Of a stretch of 64,000 nucleotides of DNA, positions 1 to 11,465 are shown piece after piece. The stretch comes from Scyliorhinus canicula. Lineage: Eukaryota. Position 1 is the stretch's first letter; each line of letters starts with the position of its first letter. A model generated the notes under the pieces. The model saw only the letters and a program-made list of their open reading frames with translations, was not told the origin of the DNA and ran no database searches. The translations under genes and the position numbers were made by a program. Location: positions 52,327,990-52,391,989 of the forward strand of contig NC_052162.1 in assembly GCF_902713615.1 (NCBI RefSeq). Direction: 5' to 3'.

Positions 1-4
1 ACAC

Positions 5-467
5 CGGGCCTAGGCATAGGTTGCAGAGGCTGTGAGCTCCGTGGGCCCAACCGCCAGGACCGGCCAGCAGTGACTTAAAGAGCTGCATGACCTCCTCAGT
101 GGCCAGGGTGAGTAATCAACACAGTTCCCCTGGCACCAACCCCCATCCCATACACCTGTACCCCCCCTCCCTACCCAGAGGATGACTGAACCGCACTTGC
201 TGTCAGTCTGCTCACACCCCATCCTGCCAACATCCATACCGCCCACCTAGCCGGGTGCCCTGCACACACAGGCCACGAGCGACCCACCCCTGTGAAGACC
301 GCATCTGACTGTCTCACACTGTGCATTTTCAGTCTCCCCTTCCAGGAGAAGGCGGTGCACAACCGTACGGAGAGAGAACAGACTGGAGTGGGCCCCTTGG
401 ACCTGCAACCCCTCACCTTGGTAGGTGGGCCTGGAGAGCAGGCAGTCGCCAAAGCGGAGGGAACCAT
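5..467 (+). pseudogene. Degenerate Myb/SANT-like DNA-binding gene fragment of a PIF/Harbinger transposon (two exons)
   Basis: From 5 the frame reads RA*A*VAEAVSSVGPTARTGQQ*LKELHDLL, then a GTGAGT donor at 108 and a ttccag acceptor at 345, then EKAVHNRTEREQTGVGPLDLQPLT. This resembles Harbinger/NAIF1-type Myb proteins (W.EVA.AVS...RT..QC.KK..DL...K.AHN..E...TGGGP). In-frame stops. Confidence 0.6.
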
Positions 468-1213
468 GTGAGCCCCGTTGAGTTGCGGTCTCCGAAAGGC
501 ATGCATGGCACCCCACCCACCCCACCATCCCTACACTACCCACTGCCCCCCCACCCCAACATCCTACCACCCCCATAATTTCTCAAAATTATGCTTTCCA
601 TTAATAGTTTGCATTCTGAAATTCGCTCTGTTTCCCAAAGGTCTCTTTTGAACTGTGCTTCCACTCCACCTCTACCAGCGAATCCACTCCAGGTTTTACA
701 CCAACCACTTTTCGGATTTCTGTGCCTTGACTGCTTTTATTTGACTGCTTTCACACACAAATTCCGATATCCAGCAACCGATTACTCCACAATTATTTCA
801 ATTAATGTCTCATTAATTGTAGTAAGATATCGCAAACCTCAGAACCATTCAGATATATTTCTGACTTCACACTAACTAGTTCCTTTAAAGTTCTGTGACT
901 TGAAATGAACAGTACCTTGTTTTGCTCCCAGTTCCTGTTTTGTTCCTTTAACTTCAGGCTCCCTGGAAACTCTTTCATTTCTCCAGTTTCTTTAAGTAGC
1001 TGTTCTTTAGGTTTCTGGCATTGACTTTTTAAAAATATTACTCCATTATATGGGTTTTCTTCCAGCAAAGCTAAGTAAGATGTTCACTTTCTAGCTGCCT
1101 AACTCAAATTGCTGTAGCTTCCAGCTAAAATGAAAGAACAGGAAAAGATTTTCTATACCATGGCCTCTAAGCAACTATATTTATTCTTCATGCCTTAGCT
1201 CTCCCTATCCCAA

Positions 1214-1510
1214 TAGCACTGCTGCCTCACAACTCCAGGGTCCTGGGTTCAATTCCAGCTTTGGGTCACTTCTCCCCGTGTCTGTGTGGGTTTCCTCTGG
1301 GTGTTCCGGTTTCCTCCCACAGTCCAAAGATGTGCAGGTTGGGTGAATTAGCTATACTAAATTGCCCTTTGGTGTCCAAAGAGTTAGGTGGGGTTAGTAG
1401 GATTACGAGGATAGGGTGGAGACGTGGGCTTAAGTAGGGTGCTGTTTCCAAGGGCCGGTGCAGACTCGATGGGCTGAATGGCCTCCTTCTGCACTGTAAA
1501 TTCTATGATT
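1214..1510 (+). mobile_element. tRNA-derived V-SINE (HE1-like)
   Basis: B-box-like gggttcaattcc, V-domain gtgggtttcctctgggtgttccggtttcctcccacagtccaaagatgtgcagg, CR1-like tail ending ttctatga. Confidence 0.8.
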
Positions 1511-1744
1511 ATACTCCACCGGTGACAAGAATATATCACATTTTAAATGGAACTATAAAATATCCTAACATTTATATCACTATCTATCTGCAAGATCATA
1601 TTTCATGACTTTGTGGCCTTTTCATGAAAATCGTAAATAATTTGTCTTGATTATAACCCAAGAACCCTACATCTATTTAAATGATAGCAGGATCACAAAC
1701 TTATAACATTCTGCACACAGATTCATACTTGTATGGGAACCCCA

Positions 1745-1980
1745 CAACGACATTCCCCTCCAAGTCACTCACCACCCTGACGCGGAAATATATTGCCATT
1801 CCTTCACTGTCACTGGGACATCATCCTGGAACTCCCTCCCGAGCAGCATAATGGGTGTTCTACACCTCAAGGACTGCAGCAGTTCAAGAAGGCAACTCAC
1901 CAACACCTTCTGAAGGGCAACTAGGGGTGGGCAATAAATGCTGACCTAATCAGTGATGCCACATCCCCTAAATTAATTTT
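1745..1980 (+). mobile_element. 3' end fragment of a CR1/L2-group LINE
   Basis: Tail gcagttcaagaaggcaactcaccaacaccttctgaagggcaactagggg..ggcaataaatgctg, shared with copies near 28.1, 29.8, 38.6 and 58.4 kb. Confidence 0.6.
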
Positions 1981-2683
1981 TTATAAAGTGTAAGCGCCTA
2001 AATACTTTGAACTTGGTGAAACAACCCACTTCTTTGGTTAGGAGTTCTGGAGAACGTGGAGACAGCAGCTAAATGTAAAACATGTGCATTGCAAAACAAT
2101 AGCAATCATCCGTTTATGACTTTGCAAAAATACATACCATGGAGTTTTAAGATACATGAGTATTAAATGTACTTAGACAATAATGCTTATACAGCCAGAA
2201 ACAAACGCCTGCTGTGAAATTACAAGGTAAACTGCCACAGGAAATGAAAGATACCTTCGGAAGGATAGATAGTCTGAATAGGATAAAATTGTGCTAAATG
2301 ATGCACAAGATTTAGCTTAAATTTACAACAAACCAATCTTGTTTTGTTGGCATTAGCAATATGATGCAAATCTTCTTGAAACAATTATATAATTCATGTA
2401 GACCATAAAAAGCTGTTTATTCTTATCCAGAGCAATAAAACCAGCGAACATAGCCTGTGCTTAAAGGAATATAAATTCAAAATGAAACTACAGAGACAGT
2501 GGAAGCTGAAAATGTTGATTCATTGCATTGCAAAAAAGATAATTAGTTTTGGATAATATGATGGGATATGGGGCATGCCGTTGTTAAGTTAGTTGTAGTT
2601 CAGTTGGTAGAAGGTTGTGAACGTAAGTCCCAATCCAGAGACTTGAGCACAGAAATTTAGGCAGTCACTTATTGTTCAATACT

Positions 2684-5600
2684 TTTTTTTGAATGTTATT
2701 TATTTCAAACTTACATAAAAGGTTACAAAGCATAAACTACGTGGGGAGCAACCTCCACAGCACAAAACTATCCAGCTTGCACAAGTTTCCCCCCTTTACA
2801 CCCCTCCCCTCACTCCCGTGATAAACTACTCCTCAAACATGGCCGTGAACACCTCCAACCTTGCCTTGAAACCCTCCACTGAACCTCTTAATTCGTATTT
2901 GATCTTTTCCAGGCAAAGAAAGTCATAGAAGTCGCCCAGCCAGGCACTACCCTCTGCGGCATTGCTGACTGCCACTCCAATAAAATATCCCGAGAACGCC
3001 CCGACCTTCCCCAACAGGCCCATGATCCTCTCCATGCTCTCCAGCCAGTCCAAAACATACAATAGGTCATCTGCGTACAGCGACACCCGATGCTCCCTTC
3101 AACCCCACGTAATTCCATGTCACCCTGTCGACTCCCTAAGAGCCATTGCCAGTGGCTCTATCACTGGTGCAAACAACAACAGTGACAGAGGGCACCCCTG
3201 CCTTGTTCCCCTGTGCAGTTCAAAGTTTTGTGAGCCCGTCTCGTTGGTCTGTACACTCACCACCTATGCTACATAAAACAGGCACACCCAGGCCACAACC
3301 TTCGGCCCAAACCCCAACCCTTACCCGGACCTCAAAATGGTACCGCCACTCCACCCGGTCAAATGCCTTCGCCGAATCCATGGCCACCACTACCTCCTGT
3401 ACTGGACTCGCGACAGGGTCATGATCACGCTTAATAGCCTCCTTATATTATTGGAAAGCTGCTTGTCCTTTACCAAACTTGTTTCATCCTCCGCAACCAC
3501 CCCAGGACACGACATTCCCTCCTTCTTGCCACCAACTTAGCCAACACTTTCATATCTGTATTTAACAACAATGTGGGCCTATATGATCCACATTCCAATG
3601 GATCCTTCCCCTTCTTTGGTATCAATGTAACTGTTGCCTGCATCATCGTCTCCGGCAGCTTCCCCTTCTCCAGGGCCTCATTAAACGTCCCCAAGAGATG
3701 TGGTGCTAGGTCCATTGTAAACTCCTTATAGAATTACATGGGTAACCATCGGGCTCCGGGGCCTTCCTCGGCTTCAAAGACCTTACACTGTTGGATACCT
3801 CCCTCAGCCCCAAGGGCTCCTCTAGCGCCTCCATCTTCTCTTCCTCCAACTGTGGGAACTCCAGTTCATCGAAATACCTGTTTTTGAAAACTTACCACTC
3901 TCCTTAGAATTCCCCCTATACCAAAAAGGGCCGACATTCTAAATGGTGAACAGTTATTCTCACTCTCCGACTCCGATGCAGGCTTCGGTGGGTGCTTTTC
4001 AGGTCAAACTATATTTTACAAGTTATCCCCCGGTATAAGCCATACCTTCACCGAAGAATTTATCTACATACCACTTAGTAGCATTGATATCCTGGGACCT
4101 GCATTGCTAAGTAAGTAAAGTAGACTTTACGAATAACCACTATTTCAGGTTAAATTAAGTTATTTTATTATTATATTTTTTCTTTTAAAAGCTGCAAACA
4201 CTTTCTTTATAGAAAGGTAAAAAGATCTTGCTTCTGGATCCTTCTGGCCCACCTTGACAATCAATCTTCTTTAAAGTCTGGACTTCTTTAGATGTATTTG
4301 CTGGTTAGCTCCGTTGCTGTGTCTTGTCGATCCCATGCACTGAGCTACAAGAGCTGGCTCTGGTAGCTATCTCTCAGCTGACTCTGACTCCTGTTTAAAT
4401 TCTAGTCTTCCTTAGATGTATAGCTGTTTAAGCTCGGCTGCTTGTCTTGTCTTTCCCATGACCGAGCTGTTAGACCTGAAGATGCTTCTCTCCTCTCTCT
4501 TCAGTTCTGGTTCTGCTCTGCTTCTACTCTGGGTTTATATTCTCTTTCTAGTAGTTATTCAGTTTTTATGACCTTATTGTAAATTAACTTATTTCACTTT
4601 GATTTTTAAAAGTATCTTTGATCTAAACATTCTAATACAACTAAGTATTCATTTTGGGCATGGCCTCACCTCTCAGAACTGATTACATTGTCCTTTGTGA
4701 TGTTCAAAGTTCCTTTGTGATATTCAAAATGCTTTGGTTTCAATAGGTGTTACTTTTAATTCCTGTCATTTCAATCGTTTAATTTTCCAATTGTCCCCAG
4801 CTCATAACTTTGCCTTTGATTTTGACTTTAAATTATGTTTCCGTAGACAGGTTGTCTCCAATTTTCTTTTAATTTACTTGGTATTAGTAGAATTTCACAC
4901 TTAGAATTGACACCAAATTCAACTGAACATCATCCTTTCCTTTCCAGCTGTTTACTAAGAGAGTTAATTTCAATGAAGGTATGAAACCTTTGCTTTTAGC
5001 TGTATGCTAAAATTTCACTTGGTTATGAAAGACCTGCCTGTTTTAAACATTCGTCACTTAATTAAATTGAAACTCTCATCCATGCTTTTCCAGATGCTTC
5101 CTAAGATAGTTACTTTCAATGAAGGTGTGAGCCATTGCTTTAGCTTAATACAAGAATTCTGTGTGTTTGCTAAGCCTGCTTGAGAGAAAGAATCTGCATT
5201 TTATAATCCTGTCCTTTGCAGCTGCTATTAACCTTTCATGGGATCTTTCCCTGTATCCTCATGTTTCTCTCAGACCAGATATTGCCAGACTTCCATGTTT
5301 CAAATGATACATTTTTCTGTATTTTCAACAACAACCGTTCTATGTCCCCCTCTTCATTCCCCCCCCCCCCCCCCCCCCCGAGGTCCACCCTACCCAAATG
5401 CCTAATTTATCTACCCCGGCTCCGACACCACCTTCACTGCCTCAGTCCGTCCTTCAATATTTCCCTGGACGTCAACCTATCGAATTACCATTACAACTTT
5501 TTCCTCCATGCCAATCCCTCTGTGATGAGTGTCCTCGAGTACTCCCTATCCACCTCAACTATCTTGATCAAAAACCGTTCATTTTCCTCCCTCCGTTCCC

Positions 5601-6101
5601 TATCCGCATCTGCCTTGAACAAGGTAATCTCCCCTCGGACCACTGCTTTTAGTGCTTCCCAAAATGTTCTTGCCAACACCTCCCGGTTTGGTTCAATTCT
5701 ACAGAATCTTTAATCACAGTCCTCACTTTATCACAAAACCCTCTACCTGCCAACAACCCCAAATCTAGCCTCCACCCCGGCCTCTGCTTATGTCCCGATC
5801 TAAGCAGAATTTCCAGCAAATGGGGCGCATGGTCTGAGATTTTTATCCCCACGTACTCTGCCCCCTCCACCCTGACCAAATCTCCTGGCTCACCACAAAA
5901 AAAAACGATTTTTGAATACATCCAATTAGCATGTGAGAAAAAGGAATACTCCCTCCCCCTGGGTTCTTGCAGCGCCACGGGTCTACCATACCCATGTTTT
6001 CCAGAAACCCACCCAGCTCCTTTGCTATTTGTAACCTACCCATTGACCTGGGGCTTGATCTACCTACCCTCGGCTCTAGGACACAATTAAAATCTCCTCC
6101 C
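2684..6101 (-). mobile_element. Old 5'-truncated, internally deleted L1-clade LINE, interrupted by a solo LTR
   Basis: Minus-strand ORF pieces match the intact copy at 11466+: MGGDFNCVLEP, YSFFSH..ISDHAPH, FWEALKAVVRGE, LIPKKGKDPLECGSYRP, SLYADDLL. Poly-T at 2683-2690. Candidate TSD ATACT at 2679-2683 and 6102-6106. Confidence 0.85.
3879..5333 (-). mobile_element. Solo-LTR-like insertion (about 1.45 kb)
   Basis: TG...CA ends with 12-bp inverted termini TGTTTTTGAAAA / TTTTCAACAACA. Flanked by ACC on both sides; removing the insert restores the L1 frame GDIERYFDELEFP. Minus-strand TATA-like site (~4535) and AATAAA (~4165); internal imperfect duplications. Confidence 0.65.
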
Positions 6102-6423
6102 ATACTCAAGTGGTGCCTGGCCAGATATTATCTCATAGCCATTATTGAGATATGGTTCTGTGAAAATCAAAGTTGGAAAATCAATATTCAAGGTTATTTG
6201 ACTTTTAGGAAGGAAAAGGCGGTGGGGTAGTTCTGCTAATAAAAGAAGAAATAAGTACAGTTCTGAAGGACAATCTAGGTTCAGAGGATATGGAGTCAAT
6301 TTGGGTGGGATTGACAAATGACAAAGGAAGGAATTGAGTGGTAGGATTGCACTGGCCCCCCCAAAAAGTACCCACATTGTAGGAAGGAGTTCAAATCAAG
6401 AAATAACAATTGCATGTAAACAG

Positions 6424-6545
6424 AAATGAAATGAAAATGAAGTGAAAATCGCTTGTCACAAGTAAGCTTCAATGAAGTTACTGTGAAAAGCCCCTAGTTG
6501 CCACATTCCGGTGCCTGTTCGGGGAGGCTGGTACAGGAATTGAGT
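6424..6545 (-). mobile_element. Short tRNA-derived SINE (family 2, (TTTCA)n tail), partial
   Basis: Same sequence as the copies at 24035, 29365, 45361, 51814 and 53447. Confidence 0.7.
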
Positions 6546-6683
6546 GCTGCATTAATCATGGGCGACATTCATTTTCATAGATTGGGCAAATCAAATTGGA
6601 AATGGCGGTGATGAGAGTGAATTTGAGTGCATTTGGGATGGTTTCTTGAAACGATGGCTGGAATTATCTGTTTGGGAGACTAA

Positions 6684-7302
6684 GGGCTGGATTCTCTGCA
6701 GCCCCACAACAAAATTGCGTTTGGCGCAGGGGCAGAGAATTGAAGCTCCCAACCAAATCAGGCCCGGCGCCGTTCCGGCGATTCTCCGGGCCCCGGAGAA
6801 TCTCTTATCCGCAAATTACGCCACGCGGCTGGAGGGGCCATTGCCAGAGGCCCTCCCAGCAATACTCCGTTCTTGACCAGCCGAGTTCCCGATGCCGTGG
6901 AACTAATGTGGTACGGCCGGTCTGGATTCTCGTGCGGTGGCTGCGGACTCAGTCCACGGCCGCCCTGGTGGGGGACGGGTGTTTCAAGCACTGGGAGGGT
7001 GGGGCCTTATAGGCGGCCGGGGCAGCGATCGGGCCGGTCCAATGCAGCGGCGCACGGCCAATCGGGGGCCTAGATTGTTCGTGTTGGTCTGTGGTCTGAG
7101 TCCACCATGGCACTTGGGCATGACTGCTGGAGGCCGTCGCTGAGCACGGACTCGGAACTGGAAGTGTGGGGGCCCGTATCCCTGCTAGCCCCCAGAAGGT
7201 AAGTGGATCGCCCTTTATTGTTTGCAGGAAACTGGGGGAGTGCAATGCCAGCGTTTTTCCGCTGGCCTGGGGACATAACTCCATTTTGGGAGAATCCAGC
7301 CC
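6684..7302. mobile_element. Harbinger-type non-autonomous element (MITE)
   Basis: 13-bp perfect TIRs GGGCTGGATTCTC (6684-6696) / GAGAATCCAGCCC (7290-7302); flanks TAA / TGA; GC-rich interior; right end matches the left end of the 59481 element in inverse orientation. Confidence 0.8.
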
Positions 7303-8899
7303 TGAGTGTTTCTGCTAGGATTGAATAGCGTGCAATTCTCATTCCCGTTGGGGGCGCTATTCAATAATGGGGTAGATGCAGGTAGGCACTCGCACCTTGA
7401 CATAGCCCTTTTTCAACGTTGCAGCTTGGTTGATGGAAGATGACAGACTGAGCTTTATGAAGCATTATTACAGGTTCCAGCAGCCTGGGGCGGAGGCATC
7501 TTACTCTCACCTCTCCACTTCGGCTTTGACAAAGGACGTAGTCTGAATTGAGATTGTTAATATTTCAAAAGCGGTTTCGGGGTCCTTTGTCCTATCAGAC
7601 TGGTAGTCTCCATTGGCCAATCCTGGTCTAAGATATGAAAACAGCCTCTATATAATTTCCTTACATAATTTCCTGCAGCTCATCAGGTCGTTAATAAGAT
7701 GACAGTTTCTCCGAACGCCAGAAAGTTCCGTTAGTTTGAGTTTTGTTAACTGAAGACTTTGAAGTCTTCAGTTTTTAAAATTTATAAATTAGCCATGAAC
7801 AGCTGCCTTAACTCACACCATAAGTTACACAATAATTTACTGCCAATTCCTGTTACAGTTTTGTGCTAAGTACAAATATGCTAACCAAGCAGATTTTTAT
7901 TTGTTGAAGAGATGTAGGCATCTTTGGCTGGGCCAGCATTTATTGCCCGAGTGCATTTAACATGAATCTGGAAGATTTCCTTCCCTAAAGAACGGTAGTG
8001 AACCAGGTAGGTTTTTATGACAATTGACAATGGTTTCATGGTCATCTTTAGACTTTTAATACCAGATTTTTTATTGAATTCAAATTTCACCATTTGCCAT
8101 GGCGTGATTTGAACCCGGGTCCCCAGATCATTACCCTGGGTCTCTGGATTACTAGTCCAGTGACAATACCACTACACCACTGCCTCTCTGTGCTTGTGTA
8201 TTCATTAATACCCACCCTTTCCTCAGAGGTCAGCCTACATTTTCAGGAAACATTAAAACAAATTCTGTTCAAATTGTAAAAACTGTTCAAAATGGTTTTA
8301 TCATGGCTTAATTAACAGGGGCATGTTATTTTTCATTAATTTAAGTGCTCTGTATCTTACCTAACTGAACAGATTAAAGAATCCTAATTTCACAAATTCA
8401 TGTTTTATTTAAAGAAGAAAATGTGCATTCATGTATTGCCTTTCACGACATTAGGTTGCACCAAAGCATTTTAAAGTTTTATTCATAATAAATGTTTAAT
8501 CCATTAAACCTATTGGTTGCTTTCACTCCATGTATTATATAAAGTAGGAAAAGTAGAAATAATTTTTCTATCACATTTTAAATAACATGAGAAAAGTAGA
8601 AAATACATTTCTACTCAATTGTCTTCAAATGACACTTAGGTTTTTAACAATACAAACTATAATTATTTTAACTTACTGCAGGATGTTGTGAGGTGAGCTC
8701 AATATGTTTTGGTCTTCTTTCAACAGACTTACTTGCACAAATGACAAGATAATAATAAACTAAATGCTCCATTTATGGATTTAAAAGTTCATTTTTATTC
8801 AATGTCATTCATGGGTTAACACAGCCCAGTTCTAATAATTACAGTAAACTATTTACTTGGGGTAGTATGGGATTTTACCATGTTTTCCTGTAACCTCAG

Positions 8900-9225
8900 A
8901 ACCTCAGTGCGCTGCACTGTCAAATATACCGTCATGTGGATAAGATATTAACCCAAAGCCCCTTGACACTCAGGTGGATGGTAAAGATTCCATGGCACTA
9001 TTTGAACAGTTGAGGAGCGACTCCAGTGTCCTGGCTAGCACTATATTTCAACCAACATCTAAAAACAGATGATTTGGTCATTTATTTCCCCCGAGCCTGG
9101 AAATCTGCTGTACACAATCTTCCTACTTTACATTCATAACTATATTTCAAAGGTTTTCAATGGATATAAAACGATGTCCCAAGGTTGTGAAAGTTGCTAT
9201 ACAAATACTTGCTCTTACTTTCTGT
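8900..9225 (+). mobile_element. Deu-domain SINE (SacSINE1/AmnSINE1-like), degraded
   Basis: ctcaggtggatggtaaagattccatggcactatttgaa...gtgtcctggc...tcaaccaacatc...gtgaaagttgctatacaaat matches the Deu-SINE consensus as I recall it. Confidence 0.65.
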
Positions 9226-9923
9226 TTCCCCATGCTAAGTTGGAGAAACATTCGGCTTATCCAACACGGAGTTCGACAAGTGATAAAACATTGAGAGTGA
9301 TTGGGCTGGAGAGGTAGGCTGGTGTAGTCAGCATGCATTTGAAACCTGCTTTTGGATGATGTTGCCACTCTTGGCAACATGTAGTGAAAAAGCAGCAGAG
9401 GCCAAGAGAAAAATCCTTGGGGTCATCCAGAGCCAACAGTGGGCAGAGCTTATTTCTTACTGCATCCTAAGAGTCGGCTAAAAGGCAGGGTGTTGTAAAA
9501 TGGAGCATAAAGGCACAGGGTGGAGGGTGGCAGGAAGGGAAGGAAGGGTTCGCCTGTAGGTGAATTGATACCCTTATGCAATCACCTAAGGGCCATACCT
9601 CACCTTTGCTCAACAGCGGAAGCATCCACCTGCTCAATGATTTATGCCTCCAACTCCTGCTCAATAATTGAAGCCTCAGCCTGTCCCATCCCTCCTCTAT
9701 TCAACTGTTCATTCTTCCCAAGATCTCCACTCCGGGGTCACACAAATTCGGAGGCATTAAAATGGTCACACCAGGCTTCCGGTTGCGGCTATGACCAGCT
9801 AAGTCGCACGTTTGGCTGCTCCTGCGAGGAAGGTGTTTTCGGGCCGATTGGAGGGCCCCTAACGGCGCTGGAACGACGATTCCCGGTGGGGGAAGGTTCC
9901 CAGAGGAGAACCCTGCAAAACTT

Positions 9924-10769
9924 ATGGTCGTCACCCGAAGTGGGGCAGAAAAAAAAGCGGCAGCAGCTCCCCGAAAAAAGCGGGGGAAGAAACCCAAAAT
10001 GGCGGCCGGCGGCGCACCCGAGGACTGGAGGAAATGGGCGGAGGAGCAGCAGGCCGTTCTCCTGCGCTTCTTCACGGAGCTGAAAGTGGAGCTGCTGGAG
10101 TCGATGAACGCGACGACCACCAGGCTGATGGGAGCCCAGGCGACCCAAGAGGCGTCAATTCGGGAGCTGCAGCAGGAGATGGCTGTGAGGGAGGAGGAGG
10201 CCACGGTCCTCGTGGGAAAGGTGGAGGTGCACGAGGCACTCCACCTGAAATGGCAAAACCGACTGGAGGAGATGGATACCCGCATGAGGCGGAAAAACCT
10301 GAGGATCCTGGGCCTGGCAGAAGGGCTGGAGGGGTCGGACCTCCCGAGGTATGTGGCAGAAATGCTGGGCTCACTGATGGGGGCAGGGGCCGTCCCTTCG
10401 CCCCTGGAACTGGAGGAGGCCTACAGAGTAATGGCCAGGAAGCCAAGAGCAAACGAACCCCCGAGGGCGGTGCTGGTTCGGTTCCAGCGACTCAGTGACC
10501 GGGAGAGGGTGCTGAGGTGGGCCAAGAGAGAGAGGAGCAGCAAATGGGAGAACTCGACGGTGAGGATCTACCAGGACTGGAGTGCGGAGGTGGCAAAGCG
10601 GCGGGCCCGGTTCAACCGGACGAAGGCGGTGCTGCATGCCAAGAGAATCAGATTCGGGATGCTGCAGCCAGCGCGCTTGTGGGTGACCTATAAGGACCAG
10701 CACCACTATTTCGAGTCCCCGGAGGAGGCGTGGGCCTTTGTCCAGGAAGAAAAGCTGGACTCGAACTAG
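9924..10769 (+). CDS. L1 ORF1p (coiled coil plus Transposase_22-type RRM/CTD)
   Basis: Open 281-aa ORF with RMRRKNLRILGLAEG, EAYRV, PRAVLVRF, RIYQDWS, MLQPARLWV motifs; alternative start ATG at 9999. Confidence 0.9.
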   Translation: MVVTRSGAEKKAAAAPRKKRGKKPKMAAGGAPEDWRKWAEEQQAVLLRFFTELKVELLESMNATTTRLMGAQATQEASIRELQQEMAVREEEATVLVGKVEVHEALHLKWQNRLEEMDTRMRRKNLRILGLAEGLEGSDLPRYVAEMLGSLMGAGAVPSPLELEEAYRVMARKPRANEPPRAVLVRFQRLSDRERVLRWAKRERSSKWENSTVRIYQDWSAEVAKRRARFNRTKAVLHAKRIRFGMLQPARLWVTYKDQHHYFESPEEAWAFVQEEKLDSN

Positions 10770-11465
10770 AACCAGGGGATACTTGGCGGTCGTTGCCGCT
10801 CTGGTACTTTAAGCTGGACACGTGGCTTTCTTTTGGTTGGATTTTCACTTGGCTGTATTTTTGGACCCTTTTTTTCTCTCTACCAGTTTTTTTCTTTTTT
10901 CTGTTATTTATAATGTTATGTTGGGGGGGCGGGGTGGGGGGGGAGTGCCGGGGGTATGTGTTTCTTGTGGGGTTTTTTTTTATCGGTGTGGGATCGGGGA
11001 CGGGGGTGGAACTGAAGATGGAGGGGTGGGGAGTGGCAGGGCGAAAGCGCGGGCTTTCCTCTGGTTTCCCGCGCGCGGGGCAGAGGAGGGAGGAGGGTGG
11101 GAGGAAGGGGCATGGTCAGCAATGGCTCCCTTTCCCGCGCTGGAGCGGGGTCAAGGAGGGGTGGTAAGGGGGGGGGGATGTCCCCCATGCCGGGAGGAGT
11201 CGGATTGTGGCAGGGGCAGCCGGGTCAGCGTAAACCAGCTGACTTACGGAAGTACTATGGAGGGTGCATCGCGGCTAGGAAGGGTCCTAGCCTGGGGGGG
11301 GAGGGGGGTGGGGGAGGGGGAGGGGGGAAGGGGGGAGCTACCGGGTTGCTGCTGAAAAGGCCAGGGAGGAGAAGTTGAGGACCGGAGGGGTGGGGGGAGG
11401 GCTCCATCGCCATGGGGAGCGGGTCAGAAGGGGAGGGCTGACTTGGGGCGAGCAGGTGACAGGAT

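Noticed and set aside
9701-10285. 194-aa antisense ORF as an L1 ORF0 analogue
   Set aside because: Shadow of the GC-rich ORF1; it runs past the element boundary and has no recognisable motifs
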